Of a stretch of DNA of 64,000 bases, positions 50,670 to 61,700 are shown piece after piece. Made by a program: the position numbers and the translations under genes. Under the pieces are notes generated by a model. The model made no database searches, was not told where the DNA came from, and was given only the letters and a program-made list of their open reading frames with translations. The DNA is taken from contig CBDFKD010000002.1 in assembly GCA_965248695.1 (NCBI GenBank), forward strand, positions 4,576,001-4,640,000, written 5' to 3'. Origin of the DNA: Acidobacteriota bacterium. GTDB lineage: Bacteria > Acidobacteriota > UBA890 > WLXD01. Each line of letters opens with the position of its first letter. Position 1 is the first letter of the stretch.

Positions 50670-51281
50670 ATGGAAGAAGTTGATCAGCAGGTTGGCGCGA
50701 ACGGGACATCCGTCAGACTGACCGACAAGGCGATTGCGAAGGTCAGCGAGTTCGCCGCCGGACACGACGAGGCAGCGGGCAAGCATCTGCGGATCTATAT
50801 CCAAGGTGGTTCCAAGGCCTCCTACGAATATGGCTTCACGTTCGACGAGCGCCACAACGGTGACGAGGTGCTGCCGCAGGGTGATGTAGACCTGCTCGTC
50901 GACCGGTTCTCGCTCATGTACATGCTCGGTAGCCAGGTGGATTTCGTCGATGATGTGCGCGGCAGCGGCTTCGTGGTCGACAATCCCAACCTGCCGCCGC
51001 TGATGCAGAACCCGGTGGCTGCGAAGGTGCAGGAGATTCTGGAGGAGCGCATCAACCCGGGCGTCGCCAGCCATGGTGGATGGGTATCGCTGATCGACTA
51101 CGACGCGGGTCGCGTCTTCCTCAAGCTCGGCGGCGGGTGCCAGGGCTGCGGCATGGTCGACGTAACCCTCAAACAGGGTATCGAGCGGGTTCTGAAGGAC
51201 GAGATTCCCGACATCGTCGAAGTACTCGACACTACCGACCACGCGTCGGGGACGAACCCCTACTTCTCGGCCGCCAAGTAG
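50670..51281 (+). CDS. nfuA: Fe-S cluster biogenesis protein NfuA
   Basis: Degenerate A-type N-terminal domain lacking Cys; NifU-C 'INPGVASHGG...GGGCQGC', 'TDH..G.NPY'. Confidence 0.9.
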   Translation: MEEVDQQVGANGTSVRLTDKAIAKVSEFAAGHDEAAGKHLRIYIQGGSKASYEYGFTFDERHNGDEVLPQGDVDLLVDRFSLMYMLGSQVDFVDDVRGSGFVVDNPNLPPLMQNPVAAKVQEILEERINPGVASHGGWVSLIDYDAGRVFLKLGGGCQGCGMVDVTLKQGIERVLKDEIPDIVEVLDTTDHASGTNPYFSAAK

Positions 51282-51296
51282 GCCCCGGCGGGGGCC
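51281..51296. terminator. GC hairpin after nfuA, between convergent genes
   Basis: GGCCCC-GGCG-GGGGCC. Confidence 0.35.
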
Positions 51297-51366
51297 GCTG
51301 GTCGACGGCAAGGCCGCGCCGGTCGCCGATCTCGATGTCCACTGTCGACCGAGAGGCCCGAGGACC

Positions 51367-52596
51367 CTAGTCGATCGTGAAGCGCAGCGCCGTGTGGGCA
51401 CGGCGCAGCACAGATTCGACGGCGTCTGGTGTTTCTGCGCGCGCGAAGATGAACCCCAAGTACTGGTTGCCTTCCGGCAGCGGTACGACCGCTTGGCCGC
51501 GGAGGATCGAGATCGTGACCTCCTCGATACCGATGATCGAACGCGCTGTCTCCAGACCCTCGACACCGCGCAGTGTCCCGGCGTAGGGGATCGGGATCAT
51601 CATCACGCCAGCCGCGGCCGACTCACGACTCAGGTCGTCGACGCCGTATCCCAGCGCGGCTCGGAGTATCAGCTCCTCGAGGCTGATCCCGGTACCGAAT
51701 CGCAGTACGCGGCCGCAGCGGCCGCCAATGCTCCGCGGCGCGACCTCGAGCACGGTCGCCTGACCGTCGTGCAGACGAACCTCGGCGTGGATCGGCCCGT
51801 GGCTTAGCCCGAGGGCGACGATGGCAGCCTCGGTAGCAGCAACTACGGTGCGCCGGTGCTCGTCCGGCAGGCGTGAGGGCGTCGTGTAGAGGGTCTCCTC
51901 GAAGAACGGACCTTCGAGTGGATCCGGTTTGTCGAAAACTGCCAGCACCTGCATGACGCCGCCCATCAGCAGCCCTTCGACGGCGACCTCCGTGCCAGGC
52001 AGGTAGCTTTCGATCAGCAGCTGGTGACCCGCGATCGGAGCGCGCTGGCGGATCTCCGGTGTGTCGAGCAGTGCGGTAATGCGCGCCGCTGCACCCAGCA
52101 GCTGTTCTGCGGAATCGACTCGGATGACCCCGCGCGAAGCCGACAGGAACGTTGGCTTGATGACGCACGGGTAGGGCACTTCGGTTGCCAGACGATCAAT
52201 CTGCGTGCCGGTCGCACCCCAGTACTTCGGACCCGGGAGCCCCGCCGCGTCGAGTCGTTGCCGAAAGAGAAGCTTGTCGCCTGCCGTGGCGACGGCCTGC
52301 GGCGGATTACCCGCGAGTCCCAGGTCGGCGGCCGCCGCGGCTGCCAGCAGCATCGTCTCCTCGTCCGGTCCGAGGATCGCGTCCAGCGGCTGTTCGTCGT
52401 GATGCGCGGCGATTGCTCGACTGGTTCCGTCCAGATCGGCGAAGTCGAGGGTCAACGTTGCCGTTCCGGGCAAAGACTCCAGTGCCTGCCGACGGTTGGT
52501 ACCGATCACCACTTCGGCGCCCACCCGGTCGGCCGCTGTCAACAGCGCTTCGGCCCGGTAGGTGGTGGCCGGGATCAGGATGAGAACCCTGGGCAT
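51367..52596 (-). CDS. ATP-grasp domain protein (L-amino acid ligase-like)
   Basis: 'DK..FR', 'YPCVIKP..LSASRGVIRV', 'ESYLPG.EVAVEG', 'HAEVR', 'EVAPRSIGG'; start ATG 52596. Confidence 0.85.
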   Translation of the reverse strand: MPRVLILIPATTYRAEALLTAADRVGAEVVIGTNRRQALESLPGTATLTLDFADLDGTSRAIAAHHDEQPLDAILGPDEETMLLAAAAAADLGLAGNPPQAVATAGDKLLFRQRLDAAGLPGPKYWGATGTQIDRLATEVPYPCVIKPTFLSASRGVIRVDSAEQLLGAAARITALLDTPEIRQRAPIAGHQLLIESYLPGTEVAVEGLLMGGVMQVLAVFDKPDPLEGPFFEETLYTTPSRLPDEHRRTVVAATEAAIVALGLSHGPIHAEVRLHDGQATVLEVAPRSIGGRCGRVLRFGTGISLEELILRAALGYGVDDLSRESAAAGVMMIPIPYAGTLRGVEGLETARSIIGIEEVTISILRGQAVVPLPEGNQYLGFIFARAETPDAVESVLRRAHTALRFTID

Positions 52597-52700
52597 GGCG
52601 CGAAGGATAGCCCACCGGTGCGCAGCCGGTTCTGACGCCTGGGGGAATACAGTATCCTGCGCAGCTGCAAGCACTTGAGGCATCTGCTACGCAGGGACGG

Positions 52701-55700
52701 ATGGGCAACGCTCGCGAACGAAAGGCGAAGAGATACGCTGCCGACCTGGTGCACGAGTTATTCGAGGCGCGGGTCGAGCAGGAGCCTGAAGCGAGGGCGC
52801 TGGAAGGGAACGGGGAGCAGCTCAGCTACGCGCAGCTGGAGCGGCGCGCCAATCGACTCGCTCCATCACCTGCTGGAGTGCGGCGTCGGTGCCGAAACGC
52901 GAGTGGGACTGCTTCTGGAGCGGTCCCCGAACATGGTCGTAGGCGGTGCTGGCCGTGCTCAAGGCCGGTGGCGCCTACTTGCCGCTGGATCCCTCGTATC
53001 CCGAGGCCCGGGTGCGCTTCATGCTCGAGGACGCTTCGGCGGGTCTGTTGGTGTCCGAGGGGCAACTCACCGATCGGATACCGGGCGAGCTTTGCTGCCC
53101 TGTCGTGTTGCTCGACGCGGCGGCGACGCAGATCGAAGGTTGCCCGGCCGAACCGCCCGACGTCGAGATCCATCCGGAACAGCTCGCCTACGTTATGTAC
53201 ACCTCGGGATCGACCGGAACCCCGAAGGGTGTCGGGGTACCTCACCGGTCGCTGAGCAACCATACGCGCAGCGCCCGGCGCGCCTACCAGATCGAGCCAG
53301 GCGATCGGGCTCTGCAGTTCGCCTCGCTGACTTTCGATATCAGCGTTGAGGAGAATCTTCCCGACGCTGATGGCCGGCGCGGCGCTGGTGCTGCGCGACG
53401 AGGAGCTGTCGATCGGGTTGTTCTTGCGGCAGCTGTGCCAACGCCGGATCACGGTGCTGAATCTGCCGACCGGCTATTGGCACGAGCTGGTGGCCGAGCT
53501 CGGGCGCTCGGGCGAGCCGCTACCGGCCGGCCTGCGGCTGGCGATCGTCGGGGGCGAGGCAATGCGCGCCGACCGTGTTCGCGCCTGGACGAAGATCGCC
53601 GCGCGCCGCGCCCCGAGCGCACGGTTGGTGAACAGCTACGGACCCACGGAGGCGACGGTCGTGGCAACGCGGTGGACGGCGCCCGAGGAAATAGCCGACG
53701 GCAACGGTGCGGCGACGGTGCCGATCGGCCGACGGATCTACAACGTCAGGGTGTACGTGCTGGACGATGCCATGCGGGTGTGCCCGGTTGGCGCCGTTGG
53801 CGAGCTGTACATCGGCGGGCTGGGGGTGGCGCGCGGCTATCTGAACCGTCCCGGCCTGACCGCCGCCAGCTTCGTGCCCGATCCCTTCGGCCCCTCGAGC
53901 GGCGATCGGGGCGGGCGCCTGTACAAGACCGGCGATCGGGTCCGCTACCGCCCGGACGGCGAGCTCGAGTTTCTCGGCCGCATCGACGACCAGGTCAAGA
54001 TCCGCGGCTTCCGTATCGAGCTCGGCGAGATCGAAGCCGCCCTCCGCGATCACCCAGGAGTTACCGAGACCATCGTCGTCGCCCGCGACGCGCCTTCCGG
54101 AGCTCGCGAGCTGGCCGCGTACATCACGGCCGATCCCGGGGAGACTGCCGACGCATCCGAGAGGGACGGGTGGTGCCACGCCCACGTCGAAGCCAGCCAG
54201 GTGATCTACGAGGAGGCATACAGTCGGATTTCAGCCGGTATCGATCCCGAGCTCAACACCGTCGCATGGAACAGCAGTTACACGAACCGACCTATCCCGG
54301 CCGACGAAATGAGCGAATGGGCGTTGGGAACCGTCGAGCGCATCGAGGCGATGTGCCCGGATCGAGTCCTCGAAATCGGCTGCGGCACAGGAATGCTGCT
54401 GCTCCGCCTAGCACCTCGGTGCTCGCGCTATATGGGCACTGATTTCTCGCGGGCGGTTCTGGGGTGGCTCTCCGATCACGTCGGCCACCTGCCTCAGGTG
54501 GAGCTGTCGTGCTGTGATGCCGCCGATCTATCCGTCGGGGGCCGGGGAAGGTTCGATACGGTGATTATCAACTCGGTCACGCAGCATTTCCCGAGCGCCG
54601 ACTACCTGCTTCGCGTCCTGGAGGGCGCGATTGACAGTACTGAGATCGGCGGCTCCATTTTTGTTGGTGACGTTCGGAGTCTGCCGCTGCTCGAAGCCTT
54701 CGCTACGTCGGTGAAGTTCTTCCAGGCCGACGACGAGCTGTCCCTGCGCGCTCTGCGCGATCAGATCGACCGGCGCGTGCTCGGCGAGCAGGAGCTGGTC
54801 ATCGATCCGCGTTTTTTCTCGGCCCTCAAGCTCCGTCAACCGCGCATCCGCGAAGTGCACGTGTGGCTGAAGCCCGGCCGTGCCGACAACGAGATGACCC
54901 GATTTCGGTACGACGTCGTGATGCGCCTCGACGAGAAACCGCCGGCACAGTCTGCCAGTGTCGTCGATTGGAGCGACGAGATCCGGAGCTTGGCGAGTCT
55001 CGGGGAGCGGCTGACCACCGAGGCACCGGATGTTCTGCACGTTCGCGGCATCCCGAACCGCAGGGTTGGCACCGACATGGCGATCCTCGACGCGCTCTCC
55101 GCAAACGAGAGCTCCCGAACAGTCGGAGATTTGCGCCGGCAGCTAGGACGACTCGTGCGGGACGGCGTCGATCCCGAAGAGCTCCGCAGCCTCGGGCGCC
55201 GATATGGATACCATGCCCGAACCACGTGGATTCGCGCCGACCCGCGCGGAGCCTACGAGGTCGTTCTCGTGCCGGGGCAGAATGGGCAGGCCAGGATCCC
55301 GCCGTGCGCGCTCTCTGAACGTGCAAGTGTGCCGCTGCGTTCGCTGACCAACGACCCTCTGCGAGCCAGAACGGCGGGCGCTCTGGTCCCGCGGCTCAAG
55401 CGCCATCTGCGTAGCGTCTTGCCCGAGTACATGGTTCCTCCGTCGATCGTGGTGCTCGGCGATCTGCCGCGCTCGGCAAGCGGGAAGGTGGCCGTCGAGG
55501 CACTGCCGGCGCCCGACGGGACGCGCCCCGATCTCGGCGCGGAGTTCGTCGCCTCGAGCTCGACGATCGAGAAGACGCTGGTTGAGATCTGGGGCGAGGT
55601 GCTGGGGCTCGAAGCGATCGGTATCCACGACAACTTCTTCGATTTAGGAGGGCACTCGCTTGCCGCGACGCGGGTCGCATCTCGTTTGCGCGATCGCCTT

Positions 55701-58700
55701 GGGCGCGACGTCCCCCTGAGCGACCTTTTCGACCGGCCAACCGTGGCGGATCTGGCGCGTCACGTCGAGATGCTCCAAGGATCGCCGGACACCGCACGAC
55801 GGACGCCGCCGCTCGAGCGCGCCGATCGTGCCGTTCCCCTGCCGCTTTCGTTCGCGCAACAACGCCTTTGGTTCCTCGATCAGGTCGACCCGGGCAGCCC
55901 GGCGTACAACGTGCCCGACGCGGTGCACATGAGCGGACATCTCGAGGTTGCCGCGCTGAAAAGGGCGTTGGCCGCGATGGTGGCTCGCCATGAAATCCTG
56001 CGGACCACGTTTCCGGCGGCCGACGGGGAGCCATATCAGCACATCGCTTCCGGTGGCGCGACGGAGCTGCGGGTCGTCGACCTCTCGAAGCTTCCCGAAC
56101 ACGAGCGTGCGTCGGCCGCTCGACGAGCTCTGGAAACCACGGCAACCGCACGATTCGACCTGAGCGGTGGACCGCTGTGGCGCGCCACACTGGTTCGATA
56201 CAGTGCGACGCGGCACACCCTGTTGCTGACGCTGCACCACATCCTCACCGACGGGTGGTCGCAAGCGGTCTTTTTTTCTCAGCTCGCCGACCTCTACGAA
56301 GCGTTCGTGGAAAATCGCCAGCCTCCGCGGGTCGAGCTTCCGGTGCAGTACGCCGACTTCGCCGCCTGGCAACGCAGAATGCTGACCGGCAAGGCGCTCG
56401 CTCCACTGGTCGATTATTGGACCGACCAGCTCGCCGGCCTTCCCGCTCTCGAACTGCCGACCAACCGGCTGCCCGACGAGGCGCATGGATCGGCTGCCCT
56501 TCGACATCGCTTCCGGCTGCCGGTTGCGTCGGCGCGCCGCCTGGCGGATCTCGGTCGGCGCCACGACTGCACCCTGTCGATGACACTGACCGCAGCCTTC
56601 ATGGCGCTCTTGCAGCGGTTTACAGGACAGAACGACTTCGCCATCGGAACGCCGGTGTCCAACCGCAATCGACGGGAGCTAGACGATCTCGTCGGTAACT
56701 TCGTGAACCTCTTGGTGTTGCGAGCCGACCTGGAGGGTGATCCGACGTTCGACGATCTGCTGGCACGCGTACGGCGAACGACACTGGCGGCCTTGGAGCA
56801 TCAGGAGCTGCCCTTCGAAAGGCTCGTTGAACAGCTCCATCCGCGACGCGACGGCTGGCGCAATCCGCTGTTCCGGGTCTCGTTCGCGCTCCAGGACCGC
56901 CCGCCGCCGGCTCGCGAGCTGAGTCAGCTGTCGATGCGCCTCGAACCGTTCGAGGCGTGTTCGTGCACGACGGAAGACTCATCGATGCGACCACGGTGGC
57001 CAGCATGGCCAGTCACTTCGTCAACCTGATGACCGCCGTGCACGACGAATCCGACCGCCCTCTACGAACCCTCGACCTACTGTCTGAAACCGAGCGGCAC
57101 CGGGTCCTGGTCGAGTGGAACGATAGCAAGGTCGCCCATCCGACCGCCGGCTGTGTGCATCGAGCTTTCGAGGATCGCGCCCGCGAGTGCGGCGGTGCGA
57201 TTGCGGTCGTCGACAACGGCACGCACATCACTTTCGCCGAGCTCAACCGGCGTGCCAACCGACTGTCCCATCATTTGACCGGTCTCGGGATCGGTTCCGG
57301 AGCTCAAAGGGTCCGCCCGGATCTCCTCGTGGGGCTGCTGCTCGAGCCTTCTGTAGAGCTGGTGATCGCGCTACTGGCCGTCGTCAAGAGCGGTGCAGCC
57401 TATGTGCCACTCGATGCCAGGTTGCCCCCAGATCGTCTCCGTGCAATCGCCAACGAGGCCGGGCTGGCCGCCGTGCTGACCGCCGGCCCGCTACCCGAGC
57501 TCTTCGACGATTTGGTGTCGGCCTGCGCCGTCGATCTTGTCGGTGATGCTGCGCTGATCGCGGCGAACCCGTGCGACGACCCCACGACCGCAGTGGCTGT
57601 CGATTCGCCCGCGTACGTGCTGTTCACCTCGGGCTCGACCGGTAGACCCAAGGGTGTGGTCGTGCATCACCGAGCGCTCACCAACCACATGCAATGGATG
57701 GAACGCGCTTTTCCGTTGACCGCTGCCGACCGGGTCCTGCAAAGGACACCCTTCAGCTTCGACGCATCCGTATGGGAGTTCTGGGCACCCCTGATGGCCG
57801 GGGCCACACTGGCAATGGTGCCGCGCGGCGCGCACCGGGAACCGGGAAGCCTCGCTCGAGTGCTCGATGAGCATCGCGTCACGGTAATGCAGGTCGTGCC
57901 AACGTTGCTCGAGCTTTTGATCGACGAACCAGCCGCGTGCCAGTACTTGAAGACGATGTTTTGTGGTGGTGAGCCGCTCCCGGTCGAGCTCGCGCGGCGC
58001 TACTTGGCTAGCGGCTGGGGAGCACGGTTGATCAACCTTTACGGTCCGACAGAAACGACCATCGACGCGAGCTTTCATACCGTCGAGGCGCTGCCGGCCG
58101 GGGGCACCGTGCCCATCGGGCGGCCCATCGACAACGTGACGCTCTACGTTCTGGACGCCGACCAGAGATTGGCACCCCCCGGGGCGCGGGGCGAGCTGTA
58201 CATCGGCGGCGCCGGTGTCGGGCAGGGCTATCTCCGGCAACCGGGTTTGACTGCCGAGCGCTACCTGCCCGACCCGTACAGCCACAAGGCCGGGAGCCGC
58301 ATGTATCGGACCGGCGATCTCGTGCGCCGCCTCGCCGACGGCAACATCGAATTCCTCGGGCGGATCGACGCGCAGGTCAAGGTGCGCGGCTTCCGCATCG
58401 AGCTCGGCGAGATCGAAGCCGTGCTGCAGACACACCCGGGCGTGCACGGCGCCGTGGCTTCGGCGCGCGAAGACCGTCCGGGAGACAAGCGTCTGGTGGC
58501 ATACGTGGTGGTCGCTGAGGAGCAGCCGACGGCTGCCGAGCTGCGCGCACATATGAAGACGAAGCTTCCGCTGTACATGGTGCCCGCGACGTTCGTGACC
58601 GTCGAGGCGTTTCCGCTCCTGCCGAGCGGCAAGGTAGACCGCCGGTCGCTGCCCGCCCCCGGCATCACGCAGCGCAGCACCGCGGTCGCCTACGTGGCCC

Positions 58701-61700
58701 CGCGCACAGCCGAAGAGGAGCCATTGTGCGAAATCTGGCGCGAATGCCTCGGTCTAGAGAGGGTGGGGGTGCACGATGATTTCTTCGAGCTCGGAGGGCA
58801 TTCGTTACTAGCGACGCAGGTGATCTCCCGGATCCGGAAAGGGTTCGGCGCCGAGGTTCCGCTGCGCAGCATCTTCGAAAACCCGACCGTCGCCGAGCTC
58901 GCCGAGGAGATCCAGCGTACCGGGCACGCCGAGGTCCGAGCCGACGCTGATATCGAGCCAAGAGCTCGAACCGGTGACTTGCCGCTATCGTTCGCGCAGC
59001 AGCGCCTGTGGTTCCTCGACCAACTCGAGCCCGGGACGACGCTGTACAACGCTCCCGAGGCGTTTCGCTTGCGCGGCCCGCTGGACCCGGGCGCTTTGGA
59101 GGCCGCGCTGTGTGAGATCGTGCGCCGCCATGAGGCGTTGCGAGCGACGTTTCCGAGCCGCGGCGGGGTGCCGTATGCCTCCATTGCCGCGGAGCCGGAC
59201 TTCGTGTTGCATCGCACCGACGTATCCGGGGACGGCGATCCCGACGGCGATGTTCTACGTTGCATCCAACGGAAGATAGCCACTCCCTTCGAGCTCGATC
59301 GAGGTCCTCTGCTTCGAGCGGCGTTGCTGCGCTGCGGCGCCGACGATCACGTTCTGCTGCTTAACCTCCATCACATCGTTACCGATGGATGGTCGCAGCG
59401 AGTTCTCTACAGCGAGCTCAGGGCGCTCTACGAGGACTTCGTCGCCGGCCAACCCTCCCGTTTGTCAGATCCTACCGTCCAATACGCGGACTTCGCCGCG
59501 TGGCAGCGGGAGTGGCTACGCGGCGACACGCTGCAGCGACAACTCGACTATTGGCGTTGCCAACTGCGTGATCTGCCGATGCTGGAGCTTCCTACCGACC
59601 GGCCCCGACCCAAGGTCCAAAGCCACAGGGGAGGCGGTCACTCATTCGAGCTCTCCGCGCAGCTAACGCGGCGGCTTCGTGCCGTGGCCGTACAGCACCG
59701 ATCGACGCCCTTCATGATCGCCCTGGCGGCGTTCTACCTGCTCCTGCACCGATACTCCGGGCAGGACGACTTCGCGATCGGTATTCCGATCGCCAATCGC
59801 AATCGGCGGGAGATCGAGGACCTCATCGGGTTCTTCGTCAACATGCTCGTGATCCGCGTTGACCTCGGCGGCGACACAACCTTCGCCGAGCTCCTGGCGC
59901 GCGTCCGAGAAACAACTCTCGATGCCTATACCCATCAGGATCTGCCCTTTGAGAAACTGGTGGATGAGCTCGAGACGGTTCGCGACACGTCACGCAGCCC
60001 GCTCTTCCAGGTTTCCTACACCCTGGATGACGAGCTCGCCTACGGTTCGCGTAGCGATCGACTCGAGCTCATGGATATCGATTCCGAGCCGTTCGACTTG
60101 GAGCTCCGGCGTTGTTTGTTTGATCTCGAGCTCGTCGTCTGGGCCGAAGACGAGAGCCTGCGTGGGCAATTTATGTACGCCGCCGAGCTTTTCGAAGCCA
60201 CGACGATCGCGGCGATGGCCGATAGCTTCGAGACGTTGCTCGAAGCGGTGATCGAGGCCCCTGAACGGCCCCTGCGCGAGATTGATCTTCTCAGTCCAAC
60301 CGAACGGCGCACGCTCCTTGTGGAATGGAATGACACCAGGCGGGATGAGCCTCGCGCCGACCTGGTGCACGAGTTGTTCGAGGCGCGGGTCGAAGAGGAC
60401 CCTGAAGCGAGGGCGCTGGAAGGGAACGGGGAGCAGCTCAGCTACGCGCAGCTGGAGCGGCGCGCCAATCGACTCGCCCATCACCTGCTGGAGTGCGGCG
60501 TCGGTACCGAAACGCGGGTGGGGCTGCTTCTGGAGCGCTCGCCGAACATGGTCGTCGCGGTGCTGGCCGTGCTCAAGGCCGGTGGCGCCTACGTGCCGCT
60601 GGATCCGACCTATCCGGAAGCCCGAGTGCGCTTCATGCTCCAGGACGCCGCGGCGGCTCTGTTGGTGTCCGAGGCGCATCTGACCGATCGGGTCCCGGGC
60701 GAGCTTTCCTGCCCCGTCATCTTGCTCGACGCTGCGGCGACGCAGATCGAAGCTTGCCCGGCCGAGCCGCCCGATGTCGAGACTCATCCGGAACAGCTCG
60801 CTTACGTCATCTACACTTCCGGATCGACCGGCACGCCGAAAGGCGTCGGGGTGCCGCATCGGTCGCTGAGCAACCATACGCGCAGCGCCCGGCGCGCCTA
60901 CCAGATCGAGCCAGGCGATCGGGTTCTGCAGTTCGCCTCGTTGAGCTTCGATATCAGCGTCGAGGAGATCTTCCCGACGCTGATGGCCGGCGCGACGCTG
61001 GTGCTGCGCGACGAGGAGCTGGCGGCCGGCTTGTTCTTGCGGCAGCTACGCGAACGCCGGATCACGGTGCTGATCCTGTCGACCGGCTATTGGCACGAGC
61101 TGGTGGACGAACTCGAGCGCTCGGGCGAGCCGTTACCGGCTGCTCTACGGTTGGCGACCGTCGGTGGCGAGGCGATGCGCCCCGACCGTGTCCGCGCCTG
61201 GACGAAGATCGCTGCACGCGGCGCCCCGAGCGCGCGGTTGGTGAACGGGTACGGACCTACGGAGGCGACGGTCGTGGCAACACGGTGGACGGCGCCCGAG
61301 GAAATAGCCGACGGCAACGGTGCGGCAACGGTGCCGATCGGCCGACCGATCGACAACGTCAGCGTGTACGTGCTGGACGACGCCATGCGGGTGTGCCCCG
61401 TGGGCGCCGTCGGCGAGCTGTATATCGGCGGGTTGGGAGTGGCGCGTGGCTATCTGAACCGTCCCGGCCTGACCGCCGCCAGCTTCGTGCCCGACCCCTT
61501 CGGTCCGTCGAGCGGTGATCGGGGCGGACGCCTGTACAAGACCGGCGATCGGGTCCGCTACCGCCCGGACGGCGAGCTCGAGTTTCTCGGCCGCATCGAC
61601 AACCAGGTCAAGATCCGCGGCTTCCGCATCGAGCTCGGCGAGATCGAAGCCGGCCTCCGCGATCAGCCAGGAGTTACCGAAGCGACCGTTGTCGCCCGCC

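Noticed and set aside
52740-61699. A1/A3 repeat as a diversity-generating retroelement TR/VR pair
   Set aside because: No reverse transcriptase in the window, the repeat is 1.35 kb, and the differences are not adenine-specific.
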